A stretch of 64,000 bases of DNA from Nostoc sp. (GCA_036918135.1 JBALDB010000011.1:160001-224000); one strand, 5' to 3'; shown: positions 40,467 to 51,540, numbered from the stretch's first letter. Translations and numbers: made by a program. The notes: a model not told the origin generated them from the sequence alone.

Positions 40467-40730
40467 GAGGCTATTTATAAAGTAAATTTAAAGGTGATTA
40501 ATTAATTAAAGTTGCAATCTACAATACTGTGTAAGCAGTATTGTAAATATAAATAATGGCTCGAAAGAGTTGTTATACCGACTTTAGCGACTCAAAATGG
40601 TCAATTCTGGCTTTTATAATTCCGCTAGCAAAATCAAGTAGACATCTTTACATGACTGATATATGCTCGTCTATGCAACGTTATCTACTACCATTTGAAA
40701 ACAGAGTATCAATGGAACATACAACAGGTG
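40467..40730 (+). mobile_element. IS5-family transposase remnant with one terminal inverted repeat
   Basis: GAGGCTATTTATAAAGT end; MARKSCYTDFSDSKWSILAFIIPLAK then frameshifted CNVIYYHLKTEYQWNI, resembling the IS5 N-terminus (YPxDLxDxEW ... I.Y.LKTGCQW). Confidence 0.75.
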
Positions 40731-40911
40731 TAAAAAACTAGTCTGTAAAGCACTAACTAAAAATATCTAATAACAAAGAAAAATATATAAGATTCATGTG
40801 ATTGTTTGAAGTTATATAAAGCAGCAATTAACATACACTTTGAAAAAATTGCTTTTGATAATACCTAATTAAACTTTTATACAATCATCTTTTACTTAAA
40901 CAATTTTTCCA

Positions 40912-41910
40912 ATGACAACTCAACTTACGTATCCCAAAATTCTTCTCGACACCGACCCAGGTGGAGATGATATCTATACCTTCCTGTGGCTTCTTAGCTT
41001 GGTCAAACAAGGACTCGCGGAACTTGTCGCTGTTACTTCCGCAGATGGCAATGTCGCTGCTAAATGCACGTTTTCGAGTGCTAGCCAGATTTTAAATTTA
41101 GTAGGATTCCCACACATTAAAGTTGGTCGTGGTGTACTTGCAAAAAGAGAAGTTATAGAAGATGCCAGCCATATTCATGGTTCGGATGGGATCGGCAATC
41201 TTTCTCATACTTTACCCCCTGCCACACACAGCATTGAGGACGCTCCTTACTCCGATGAACTGATTATCGATGAATTGAACGCTGCTCCGGGGGAAATTAC
41301 CATTGTAGCGATCGCACCTCTGACTAACCTCGCGGCAGCAGAAACAAAAAGTCCTGGCATCCTTAAAAAAGCCAAGGAAATCGTGATTATGGGGGGTGCT
41401 TTCTTCTGTCCTGGTAATGTGACTCCCCATGCCGAATTCAATATTTGGTTTAATGCTGAAGCTGCTCAGACAGTATTTGATAGCCGAGACGATATTATTG
41501 TGCTGCCTTTGGATGTGACCCGACGCTTAATTTTCACGCGAGATATGGCTATCACAGTCACTCAAGCGAATCCAGAGAGTAAACTTTCTCAGTTCTTGAC
41601 AAATCTTTGTGAGTTTATGATTGGCACAGCCTTGGGTTATCGAGAAACAGCAGGAATTCCAGGTTTTCTTGTTCATGATGCAGCAACATTAGGATACTTG
41701 TTTTATCCAGAAACCCTGATGTTGAAAAGAGCAAAAGTCCGGGTTGAAACAAAGGGACAATGGACAACAGGACAGACATTGATTGATAGTCGTCCTGCCA
41801 TGAAAACAGCAGCAAATGCCTGGGTAGCATTGGAGGTAGATGAAGGTAAATTTTTTACCAGCTTTGTTGAAGATTTAAAGCACCTATTTATAATAAGCGC
41901 CAAGCTCTAA
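40912..41910 (+). CDS. Inosine-uridine preferring nucleoside hydrolase family
   Basis: DTDPGGDD, HGSDG, APLTNLA, MGGA..GNVTPHAEFN, PLDVT, HDA. Confidence 0.95.
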   Translation: MTTQLTYPKILLDTDPGGDDIYTFLWLLSLVKQGLAELVAVTSADGNVAAKCTFSSASQILNLVGFPHIKVGRGVLAKREVIEDASHIHGSDGIGNLSHTLPPATHSIEDAPYSDELIIDELNAAPGEITIVAIAPLTNLAAAETKSPGILKKAKEIVIMGGAFFCPGNVTPHAEFNIWFNAEAAQTVFDSRDDIIVLPLDVTRRLIFTRDMAITVTQANPESKLSQFLTNLCEFMIGTALGYRETAGIPGFLVHDAATLGYLFYPETLMLKRAKVRVETKGQWTTGQTLIDSRPAMKTAANAWVALEVDEGKFFTSFVEDLKHLFIISAKL

Positions 41911-42025
41911 GCTTCTCTTGTAGAGTCGCTCCCTCTTGATTTTAGGTTAGTAGTTAATGGCTATTATTCACTAGTTATTTCAAAAATGTGACCACTGGCG
42001 ATCGTAAAAAGGAACTTATTCAAAC

Positions 42026-42958
42026 ATGGAATTCTTTAGGCAACTGATTTTCTATTTGGCATTTGCTTCACTTGGATTCACGATTACAGAAGTTTATCTG
42101 CGGGCTAACAAGCTTTGGAAACGTAAGCATGATAAAGCGGTTGCTGAGAGCATTTCAATTACGGCGATGTTCGTTAGTATAGTGCCAGGTAGCCTATTCA
42201 CATTAAATTATCTGTTTGCTGGCCAGTGGCAGGGATTTATTCAAGAAGCTCTATATCTATCAATTGTGACATTTTCTATTTTAGTGGGAATGGAACTATG
42301 GGTTCCTGGAGAACGTCACAAAAGTTTTTTCACATTGTTGAAGCGAGCTCTTAATTTAGAGCGAAAGGAAGTTGCAGATTTAGCAATAGCTTTATTTAAA
42401 CCGCCTCAGCATAAAACAATCATTGATATTCTCTGCCAGATTGCATTAATTGATGAAAGACTGGACGAACGGGAACGAAAATTTATTGATACGTTTGCCC
42501 ATAAATGGGGTATTGAGTTTTCTTGGAATATGCTTCAATCACGAAGCTCTGATTCTGAGATGAACTTTATTAAGCTGCGGCAAGATGTTGAGAACTACCT
42601 AGCAACCTCTCCTCTAATTGAACAAATAATTCAATTACAGGACTTAGTTAATATACTAATTAGGATTGATAAAAACATTTCCAAGCTAGAAAGATTGATT
42701 AATTTTGAACTAAATGGAATGTTCCATCGTTATCTTAACCATGACGAAATATCCGAGGTGTTTTATACAATTGTGATTCCTCAAAACGAGAAGCAAGAAC
42801 AGGCGATCGCGCAAAATTTTTCTGATTTGACCCGTTACAATATTGCTGAAGGATTTGTCTACCGTAGCCAATCCTTTTACTCCAAAGAATTTGCCAAAAT
42901 TTTTAGTAATCAATATCGAGCGCTCAATCTATTTAGCATTGTAACGCAAATGCTGTAA
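42026..42958 (+). CDS. Membrane protein: three N-terminal TM helices plus TerB-like domain
   Basis: Three hydrophobic helices; duplicated TerB-like motifs IALIDERLDERE and LIRIDKNISKLE. Confidence 0.6.
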   Translation: MEFFRQLIFYLAFASLGFTITEVYLRANKLWKRKHDKAVAESISITAMFVSIVPGSLFTLNYLFAGQWQGFIQEALYLSIVTFSILVGMELWVPGERHKSFFTLLKRALNLERKEVADLAIALFKPPQHKTIIDILCQIALIDERLDERERKFIDTFAHKWGIEFSWNMLQSRSSDSEMNFIKLRQDVENYLATSPLIEQIIQLQDLVNILIRIDKNISKLERLINFELNGMFHRYLNHDEISEVFYTIVIPQNEKQEQAIAQNFSDLTRYNIAEGFVYRSQSFYSKEFAKIFSNQYRALNLFSIVTQML

Positions 42959-43111
42959 GTTTTTCTACCATCTATAATAATAAGCTTAACAGTTATTTAC
43001 TCATAAAATGACTCGATATTTGAGCAGCAATATCTAACAGTTTAAATCTGCGTATGCTTGCTACTTTTAAATTAAAAGACGATTAATATATTAGTCTCAC
43101 AAAGGTAAAAG

Positions 43112-44593
43112 ATGATAATGACCACAGAGCGATTTAAAAAGTTCACAATTTTGCATTCAAATGATATGCATGGAGACTTTCTGGCAGAGGCTGGGGGTGA
43201 AGAAGGTCATCTGATTGGGGGAGTATCGCTGCTTTCTGGCTATATCAATAAGGTGCGCCAGTCAGAGAAAAACGTGCTTTTTGTGATTTCTGGTGATATG
43301 CTCCAGGGTTCTTTGATTGATAAGGAATATAAAGGTATTTCAACTATAGAAATCATGAATTACCTCGCTCCAGACGTAGTGACTCTGGGGAATCACGAAT
43401 TGGATTATGGATTGCCTCACTTACTATTCTTAGAAAAAATGGCAAATTTTCCGATTGTGAATGCTAATTTGTATATCAAAAAGTACAACAAACGCTTAAT
43501 GACTCCCTATCTAATCTTGAATGTCGATGGATTCGATATTATGTTCATCGGGATTATTACAGAAGAAGCTTTGAAGACATTAAAACGTGACAACAGTATT
43601 GGCACATTTGTAAGTCTTGAAGATGCTGCTTCTGAAGTTGGCAAAATTTGCAACGCCTACAAAAATGATGACATTGATTTAACAATTCTACTGACTCATA
43701 TTGGTTTTGAAGAGGATAAAAAACTAGCGGCATTGCTAGACCCAGAATGGGGTGTGGATATGATTATTGGCGGACACTCTCATACATTTTTAGAGCAACC
43801 TGCCCAAGTTAACAATATTTTGATTGCACAAGCAGGAATTGGCACAGACCAAATTGGACGCTTTGATATTGTAGTCGATGACGATACTAACAGTATTGTT
43901 GAATGGCAGTGGCAACTTTTGCCTGTAGATAATAATTTGGCTAAACCAGATTCTGAAATTGAAAAGTTGATTACGATTTTTCAAGAAGAAGTAGATCGCA
44001 AATATAATCGACTGATTGGACGATTAGCCCGTCAACTGACCCATCCGAAGCGCGAACAAGAAACAGAATTGGGTAACTTAATCGTTGATATTGTTGACCA
44101 GCTAGATATATTGGATGTAACTTTGATCGGAAGTGGCTCAATTAGCAGAACAAAATTAGGGCCGCTAGTTACACTCAGCGATATTAAAGAAGTTTTTCCT
44201 TACGACGATGTACTTTATAAACTTAAAGTTACAGGTCTACAGCTTACTAAGATATTCGCACATATTATGAGACTGGAAAACAGAATACCAGGCGAAAGTT
44301 GTTGTTTTCAGGTCAGCAAAGGTATTCAAGCAATTTATAGTAATTCCCAAAATCAGCTTGAATCTTTGAGCATTAATGGACAACCTGTACAAGCCGATGC
44401 TCAATACACTATCTGTGTAGAGGAATATCATTATAAAAATTCACTACATAGTCTAGGTATCACAATTGAAGAATTAACAAAATTAGACAACGCTAAGGTA
44501 GTTTCAACATCTTGCCAAAATGTCCTTGAAGAATATTTTAGCCATCATCAAAATCTTAATAGCCAAATTGAAGGAAGATTGCTGTACAAGTAG
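43112..44593 (+). CDS. 5'-nucleotidase / UshA-like metallophosphoesterase
   Basis: HSNDMHG, SGD, GNHELD, LTHIG, GGHSH and a C-terminal 5'-NT domain; no signal peptide seen. Confidence 0.92.
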   Translation: MIMTTERFKKFTILHSNDMHGDFLAEAGGEEGHLIGGVSLLSGYINKVRQSEKNVLFVISGDMLQGSLIDKEYKGISTIEIMNYLAPDVVTLGNHELDYGLPHLLFLEKMANFPIVNANLYIKKYNKRLMTPYLILNVDGFDIMFIGIITEEALKTLKRDNSIGTFVSLEDAASEVGKICNAYKNDDIDLTILLTHIGFEEDKKLAALLDPEWGVDMIIGGHSHTFLEQPAQVNNILIAQAGIGTDQIGRFDIVVDDDTNSIVEWQWQLLPVDNNLAKPDSEIEKLITIFQEEVDRKYNRLIGRLARQLTHPKREQETELGNLIVDIVDQLDILDVTLIGSGSISRTKLGPLVTLSDIKEVFPYDDVLYKLKVTGLQLTKIFAHIMRLENRIPGESCCFQVSKGIQAIYSNSQNQLESLSINGQPVQADAQYTICVEEYHYKNSLHSLGITIEELTKLDNAKVVSTSCQNVLEEYFSHHQNLNSQIEGRLLYK

Positions 44594-45053
44594 GAGATTT
44601 TCAACCAATACGCAGTAGATTATACTTGTATACTATTTCCCTGATTGCTCCCATTTTATTGTGAGACCTTTAGATGAGATTAAGTGGTATTAAACTTGAT
44701 AATTACAGTGTTTAAAGAAACTGCTTTTAATTCGCATATCAGCAGTTATATTTAATGTAAACGTTTATTAATTTCTGCTTCTAGAAGCGATCGCAATTCT
44801 TGAGGAGTTAGTAGTTTGAGTTCATTCTCCATAGGGTATTCTTCGTTTTTATACAACCTCAGATTTAATTGTTAACCTTAACACAATCAAATCCTGCACC
44901 AACGCGGACACAGCGAATCGCTACTCTATCGTTAAAAGCCAGCAAGTCGTAAATTCTCTCCTCAATTCCCAATGCAATATTTTCTAACGTTTGTTAACCA
45001 AGATGTTGTCTGGGGAATTCTAAATCTGAGACAAGGAATTCTGGTAAAAATTT

Positions 45054-48000
45054 ATGAGCGCAAAAGTTGTTGAAACTGTAAGAATCGCTGGCTACGAAAT
45101 TATAGAGCAACTTTATTCAGGTTCTCGCACTCAAGTGTATCGCGCAGTCCAAGAATGCGATCGCCAACCAGTTGCGATCAAGCTCTTAAAACGAGAATAC
45201 CCAACTTTAAGCGAATTAGTACAGTTTCGCAACCAATATGCGATCGCCAAAAATCTAGATATTCCTGGCATCATAAAACTCTACAGCCTCGAACTCTATC
45301 ACAATGGCTATGCCTTAGTAATGGAGGACTTTGGTGGTATTTCTCTATGTCAATTTACTTCAGGAAAAGCACTGACATTAGAGGAATTCCTACCCATTGC
45401 TTTGCAACTGCTAGACACTTTACACCAGTTACACCAACAGCACGTCATTCACAAGGACATTAAACCAGCTAATATCCTAATTCACCCTGACACCAAACAA
45501 GTCAAACTCATTGATTTCAGTATTGCCTCGCTCTTACCACGAGAAACTCAGGAAATTCAAAGCATCAATGGACTCGAAGGAACGCTAGCTTATCTGTCGC
45601 CAGAGCAAACCAGACGGATGAACCGAGGCATTGACTACCGTAGCGACTTTTATTCATTAGGTGTGACATTTTTTGAACTACTGAGCGGACAACTGCCCTT
45701 TGAATTTCACGAACCAATGGAGTTAGTGCATTGCCACATTGCTAAACAGCCTAACTTTATCTGTGACCTCAACCCGGAAATACCTTTAATGCTAGGAGAG
45801 ATCCTCCGCAAGCTGATGGCCAAGAACGCCGAAGACCGCTATCAGAGCGCATTAGGACTAAAACATGACTTAGAAAAGTGTTATCAGGAATGGCAAGCAA
45901 CAGGCAAGCATACCTGGTTTGATTTGGGACAGCACGATATCAGCGATCGCTTTTTGATCCGAGAAAAACTCTACGGACGAGAGCAGGAAGTCCAAACCTT
46001 GTTAGAAGCATTTGGGCGAGTTGTCAATGGAGCAGGGGAACTGATGTTGGTGGCTGGTTTCTCAGGTGTTGGCAAAACTGCGGTGGTGAATGAAGTACAT
46101 AAGCCGATTGTCGGCTGCAATGGATATTTCATTAAAGGTAAGTATGACCAATTCAACCGCAACATTCCCTTGTCTGCCTTCGTCCGAGCTTTTCGCGATT
46201 TGATAGCTCAATTGCTCGCTCAAAGGGACAGTGTACTGGAACAGTGGCGAAATAGAATTCTGTCTGCATTGGGTGAGAGTGGACAGGCGATGGTTGACGT
46301 GATTCCAGAATTAGAACGGATTATTGGCAAGCAACCGCCTGCACCAGAACTATCAGGCAGTGCTGCACAAAATCGTTTCAATCTGCTGTTTGTCAAGTTG
46401 ATTCAGGTATTTGCTACAAGGGAGCATCCGTTGGTAATGTTCCTAGACGATTTGCAGTGGGCAGATTCAGCATCACTAAATTTGCTGAAGCTGTTGTTAG
46501 GTGAAGCCTTGAGTGGCTATCTGTTGATTATTGGCGCTTACCGCGATAACGAAGTATTTGCGGCTCATCCCTTATTGCTCACCCTCGAAGAGATTGAGAA
46601 AGTGGCGACGGTTAACACTATAACGCTGATGGCCTTGAGTCAAGCCGATGTCAACAGTTTGATTGCAGACACGCTCAGTTGTGCAACAGAAATTGCCCTG
46701 CCATTGACTGAACTAGTTTATCAAAAAACCAAAGGCAATCCATTTTTTACAACTCAGTTTCTCCTGGCATTACATCAGGAGGGACAAATTACCTTTGATT
46801 GGCATACAGGTTTTTGGCAGTGTGATGTCGGACAAGTACGCTTGCTCGCTCTCACCGATGATGTGGTGGAATTTATGGCACAACAGCTTCAGAAATTGCC
46901 ATCAAAAACTCAAGATGTTTTGAAACTGGCAGCCTGTATTGGTAATCAGTTTGATTTAGGGACGTTGGCGATCGTTTCTGAAAAGTCGCAGGCTCAAACT
47001 GCTGCGGACTTGTGGAAAGCATTGCAAGAAGGATTTGTAATTCCTACCAATGAAGTTTATAAATTTTATCAAGATTCGTCATTGGTGAGCCAGCCTGGTT
47101 TTGGGGGTTTTCTCGATGATGAACTAGCGAACCCCGAAAGGGCCGTTGGCGATTTGCAAAATCCAAATGACAACGGACAAAGAACAGTTTACAAATTCTT
47201 GCACGATCGCGTCCAACAAGCAGCATACTCTCTGATTCCAGAGGAACAAAAACAAGCAACGCACCTGAAAATTGGGCAACTGCTGCTCAATAATACGCCA
47301 GTCACCCAATTAGATGAAAATCTGTTTGAAATTGTCAATCAACTCAACATTGGAAAATCCTTGATTACTGAGCGATCGCAACAAATAAAAATCGCTCAAC
47401 TTAATCTCGAAGCAGGACAAAAAGCCAGAGCCGCCACAGCTTATGCAGCTGCGTATCACTATTCGACTACAGGCATTACCTTGCTAAATTTTTTTCAGCC
47501 TCAAGATGAGTCTTGCTGGCAAACACAATACGACCTCACTCTGGCACTGTATGAATTAGCAGCAGAAACCGCATACCTCAAAGGTGATTTTGGGCAGATG
47601 GAGCAATGGGCAGATATTGTGATGCAACAGGCAAAAACTGCTGTTGACAAAGTGAAAATCTATGCCGTCAAAATCCAAGCTGATATGGCACAACTCAAAA
47701 AACTACAAGCAGTCAAAATTGGGTTAGAAGCTTTGAAACTTGTGGGGGTAAGCATACCAGAATCGCCTGAACCCTCAGACATTCAGCAAGCACTTACTCA
47801 AGTTGCAAGCCTCCAGACTAAAAATATTGAAGACTTGATTAACCTGCCATTGATGACGGATATTGAGCATCTATCTGCTGTCAGGATATTAGCCAGTATT
47901 GGCCCTGCTACCTATCAAGCTGCACCGATACTATTTCCATTGGTAATATGTGAACTGGTGAACTTATCAATTAACTATGGCAATTCACCTTTCTCTAGTT

Positions 48001-51000
48001 ATGGTTACGCTTGTTATGGTATCCTTTTAAATGCAGTATTTCAGAATATTGAATCAGCTTATCAATTTGGAAAATTAAGCTTAAATTTAGCAGAAAAATT
48101 CAATACTCCAGACCTCAAAGGCTCTACATTTTTTGTGGTGGGAGTTTGTATAACTCATGCCAAAGTACATCTTAGAGAAACGTTGCCAATTCTCTGGGAT
48201 GCTTACCAAAGTGGACTCCAAGGCGGTAATTTTGTATTTGCTACCCATGCTGCCATACATAAATACCAGCATATGTATCTGCTGGGACAGGAACTAACAA
48301 TAGTTGCACAAGAAATGGCAACCATCAGTGATGTCCTAGTTCGACTCAAGCAAGAAAATGCTTTGGAATTTCATCACATCTTTCAACAATCAGTTTTGAA
48401 CTTGCTGAATACTTCAGAACATCCATGCCTTTTACAAGGTGAAGTTTACAAAGAGCAAACAGCTTTAGCACGGCTTTTGGATGCTAACGATCGAACTGGG
48501 CTTCATCACTTTTATTTCAACAAACTGATTCTTTGCTACTTGTTTGGAGACTATCCCCAAGCACAGGAAAATGCACTACAAGCTCAACAGTATTTAGATG
48601 GAGTACCAGGTCTTATAGTCGTACCAGTATCCTACTTTTATGATTCTTTGGCACACTTAGCAGTCTACTCATCCTTACCAGATTCGCAACAAGAACATCT
48701 CCTGAATCGAGTCACAAATAATCAGGAACAGATGAAGCAATGGGCAGCCAATGCGCCAATGAATTTTCAACACAAATTTGATTTGGTTGCAGCAGAACAG
48801 TATCGTATTCTAGGCAACAAACCTGAAGCAATAGACTATTACGATCGCGCCATTTCTCTTGCCAATGAACACGGCTACATCCAAGAAGCAGCACTTGCCA
48901 ACGAACTGGCCGCTAAGTTCTACCTCGATTGGGGTAAACAGCGCATTGCCCAAGAATATATCACCGAAGCTTACTATGGCTATGCTCGTTGGGGTGCCAA
49001 TGCCAAAGTTGCCGACTTAGAAAGACGCTATCCCCAACTACTCGCTCCCATTCTCCAGCAAACCCGTTCTCCCCTCTCCACTCACGAAACTATCTTCAAC
49101 TTAGGGACTGTTACCTCTACCAGTTTTACCAGTTCCAGTAGTACTAGCGTCTCGGTTTCTCTAGATTTAGCCGCGATTCTCAAAGCTTCCCAAACCCTTT
49201 CTGGCGAAATCGAACTCGAAAAACTCCTCTCAAAATTGCTGCATATTCTCATTGAAAATTCAGGAGCCGAGAAATGTGTATTGCTGCTGTCATACGAAGA
49301 ACAGTTGATGGTGCAGTCCGTTGCTCATATTGGTACTGATTTTTGCTCAGTGTTACTCAAGCCACAATCCCTTGAAGACAGCGAGGATGTACCGATTAGT
49401 TTAATTGATACCGTCAAACGTAGTTTACAACCTACGGTAATTACTGATGCTACGGTGCATGGGCAATTTATTAATGACCCTTACATTCAGCGACAGCAAC
49501 CCAAGAGTATCTTGTGCAGCCCGATTTTGCATCAGGGTAAGTTGCTTGGTGTATTGTACCTAGAAAACAATCTTGTTAGTGGAGCCTTTAGTAGCGATCG
49601 CGTCGAACTGTTGAACTTACTTTGCGCTCAAGCTGCAATTTCTTTAGAAAATGCGCGACTTTATGAAAATTCCCAGAACTATGCTCAACAGTTGACACAA
49701 TCTCTAGCAAAATTGCAGGCTAGTGAAACCCGTTTTCAAAATTTGGCAAATAATATTCCTGGTATGGTGTACCAATTCTGTCTAGGGGCGGACGGTTCAA
49801 CTTCAACACCCTACGTGAGTTCTGGCTGTTTGGACTTATATGGATTAGAGCCAGAATTGGTAATGGCGGACATACATAACATTTACGCCATGAATCATCC
49901 TGACGACCGCTTAGCTATTGAGCAAGCAGTTGCCTACTCTGCCCAAAATCTGACACCATTTGAGCAAGAATGGCGGATTATCATGCCTTCAGGAGCCGTG
50001 AAATGGGTTCGCTCTGCTGCTCGCCCAGAACGACAAGCCGATGGTGCAACTGTATGGAATGGGGTGGTGATTGATATTAGCGACCGCAAACAAATCGAAG
50101 CATCTCTAGCCAAAGAACGAGAGTTTTTAAATACCATCATTCACAATATTACCGATGGCATTGTTGTCTGTGATGCTAGTGGCAAGTTGATCCTATTTAA
50201 CAAAGCAACTCGTGAATTTCATGGTTTACCAGTAGAATCATTACCACCAGAAGAATGGGCACAACACTTCAATCTCTATCAAGCTGATGGTGAAACACCC
50301 CTATTAACCAGAGAAATTCCTTTGTTTCGCGCCTTTCAAGGGGAAATCGTCGAAAATGTCGAAATGGTAATTGCCCCGAAGCGTGGTTCTAAAAGAATTT
50401 TGTCAGCCAGCGGACAAGCAATCGTTGATGCTGCGGGTAACAAACTCGGTGCAGTAGTTGTGATGCGAGATATTAGCGATGCCTATCGACAAGCTAAGCA
50501 ACGCAAACTTGCTCAACTTGCCTTACAGCAAAAATCACAAGATTTAGAACAAGCGCTAACTGATTTACAAAACGCTCAATTACAAATTATCCAAAGTGAA
50601 AAAATGTCTGCTTTAGGTAATTTAGTTGCTGGTGTCGCTCACGAAATGAATAATCCTTTAGGTTTTATTGCTGCCAGTCTCAAACAAGCCAAACCTACCA
50701 TTGCCGATCTTGTCGAACATCTCAGACTTTATCAAGAAAGTTTACCCAATAAAAGTGAAGAAATTCTTGACCATGCCGAAGAAATCGACTTGGATTATAC
50801 CTTAGAAGACTTGCCCAAGATAATTGATGCTATGACAATGGCATGTGACAGGCTAAAAAATATTAGCACCAGTCTTCGCACTTTCTCTCGTGCCGATCGA
50901 GATTACAAAGTTCCGTTTAATATTCATCAAGGTATTGACAGCACGATTTTAATTTTAAAACATCGTCTGAAGGCAAATGAACAACGTCCTGTTATTGAAG

Positions 51001-51407
51001 TATTAACAGAATACGGTAATCTACCTGAAGTTGAATGCTTTTCTGGACAATTAAATCAAGTCTTTATGAATATTTTAGCCAATGCTATTGATGCCTTGGA
51101 AGAATCAAACAATGGACGCAGCTTTGAAGAAATTCAGCTAAATTCAAATTTAATTACAATTAGAACTTCTCTAGTAAATAACTATGCAAAAATTATTATT
51201 GCTGATAATGCCAAGGGGATGAGCGAAGAAGTCAAACAAAATATTTTTGACCATTTGTTTACTACCAAAGGTGTGGGAAAAGGTACAGGTTTGGGGTTGG
51301 CGATCGCTCGGCAGATTGTAGTAGATAAACATGCTGGTTTGCTTGAATGCAATTCTTCTTTAGGAAAAGGTACTGAGTTTATCATTCAAATACCTATTCA
51401 CCAGTAA
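45054..51407 (+). CDS. Hybrid Ser/Thr kinase - AAA ATPase - GAF - PAS-PAS - histidine kinase
   Basis: HKDIKPAN, DFS, GFSGVGKT, DDLQWAD, YLENN GAF, two PAS/PAC, AHEMNNP, QVFMNILANA, GKGTGLGL. Confidence 0.95.
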   Translation: MSAKVVETVRIAGYEIIEQLYSGSRTQVYRAVQECDRQPVAIKLLKREYPTLSELVQFRNQYAIAKNLDIPGIIKLYSLELYHNGYALVMEDFGGISLCQFTSGKALTLEEFLPIALQLLDTLHQLHQQHVIHKDIKPANILIHPDTKQVKLIDFSIASLLPRETQEIQSINGLEGTLAYLSPEQTRRMNRGIDYRSDFYSLGVTFFELLSGQLPFEFHEPMELVHCHIAKQPNFICDLNPEIPLMLGEILRKLMAKNAEDRYQSALGLKHDLEKCYQEWQATGKHTWFDLGQHDISDRFLIREKLYGREQEVQTLLEAFGRVVNGAGELMLVAGFSGVGKTAVVNEVHKPIVGCNGYFIKGKYDQFNRNIPLSAFVRAFRDLIAQLLAQRDSVLEQWRNRILSALGESGQAMVDVIPELERIIGKQPPAPELSGSAAQNRFNLLFVKLIQVFATREHPLVMFLDDLQWADSASLNLLKLLLGEALSGYLLIIGAYRDNEVFAAHPLLLTLEEIEKVATVNTITLMALSQADVNSLIADTLSCATEIALPLTELVYQKTKGNPFFTTQFLLALHQEGQITFDWHTGFWQCDVGQVRLLALTDDVVEFMAQQLQKLPSKTQDVLKLAACIGNQFDLGTLAIVSEKSQAQTAADLWKALQEGFVIPTNEVYKFYQDSSLVSQPGFGGFLDDELANPERAVGDLQNPNDNGQRTVYKFLHDRVQQAAYSLIPEEQKQATHLKIGQLLLNNTPVTQLDENLFEIVNQLNIGKSLITERSQQIKIAQLNLEAGQKARAATAYAAAYHYSTTGITLLNFFQPQDESCWQTQYDLTLALYELAAETAYLKGDFGQMEQWADIVMQQAKTAVDKVKIYAVKIQADMAQLKKLQAVKIGLEALKLVGVSIPESPEPSDIQQALTQVASLQTKNIEDLINLPLMTDIEHLSAVRILASIGPATYQAAPILFPLVICELVNLSINYGNSPFSSYGYACYGILLNAVFQNIESAYQFGKLSLNLAEKFNTPDLKGSTFFVVGVCITHAKVHLRETLPILWDAYQSGLQGGNFVFATHAAIHKYQHMYLLGQELTIVAQEMATISDVLVRLKQENALEFHHIFQQSVLNLLNTSEHPCLLQGEVYKEQTALARLLDANDRTGLHHFYFNKLILCYLFGDYPQAQENALQAQQYLDGVPGLIVVPVSYFYDSLAHLAVYSSLPDSQQEHLLNRVTNNQEQMKQWAANAPMNFQHKFDLVAAEQYRILGNKPEAIDYYDRAISLANEHGYIQEAALANELAAKFYLDWGKQRIAQEYITEAYYGYARWGANAKVADLERRYPQLLAPILQQTRSPLSTHETIFNLGTVTSTSFTSSSSTSVSVSLDLAAILKASQTLSGEIELEKLLSKLLHILIENSGAEKCVLLLSYEEQLMVQSVAHIGTDFCSVLLKPQSLEDSEDVPISLIDTVKRSLQPTVITDATVHGQFINDPYIQRQQPKSILCSPILHQGKLLGVLYLENNLVSGAFSSDRVELLNLLCAQAAISLENARLYENSQNYAQQLTQSLAKLQASETRFQNLANNIPGMVYQFCLGADGSTSTPYVSSGCLDLYGLEPELVMADIHNIYAMNHPDDRLAIEQAVAYSAQNLTPFEQEWRIIMPSGAVKWVRSAARPERQADGATVWNGVVIDISDRKQIEASLAKEREFLNTIIHNITDGIVVCDASGKLILFNKATREFHGLPVESLPPEEWAQHFNLYQADGETPLLTREIPLFRAFQGEIVENVEMVIAPKRGSKRILSASGQAIVDAAGNKLGAVVVMRDISDAYRQAKQRKLAQLALQQKSQDLEQALTDLQNAQLQIIQSEKMSALGNLVAGVAHEMNNPLGFIAASLKQAKPTIADLVEHLRLYQESLPNKSEEILDHAEEIDLDYTLEDLPKIIDAMTMACDRLKNISTSLRTFSRADRDYKVPFNIHQGIDSTILILKHRLKANEQRPVIEVLTEYGNLPEVECFSGQLNQVFMNILANAIDALEESNNGRSFEEIQLNSNLITIRTSLVNNYAKIIIADNAKGMSEEVKQNIFDHLFTTKGVGKGTGLGLAIARQIVVDKHAGLLECNSSLGKGTEFIIQIPIHQ
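47085..47142. mobile_element. In-frame 57-nt small repeat insertion in the kinase gene
   Basis: GTGAGCCAGC...ACTAGCGAACCCCGAAAGGG, related to 36913-36970. Confidence 0.65.
50481..50501. mobile_element. Degenerate 21-nt insertion in a HIP1 site, in frame
   Basis: GCGAT[GCCTATCGACAAGCTAAGCAA]CGC gives DISDAYRQAKQRK versus DISDRK after the first PAS domain. Confidence 0.7.
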
Positions 51408-51540
51408 AAAAGAGATGATATTCAGGGCGGGCAGGGAAGCCCACCCCACAAGAGGAATAATTTATTTTCTAATCCTTAAGGGACTAACAAATAAAAAATA
51501 TCCCAGTATTCACACTCATCACTCATCAACTACAAACTTT

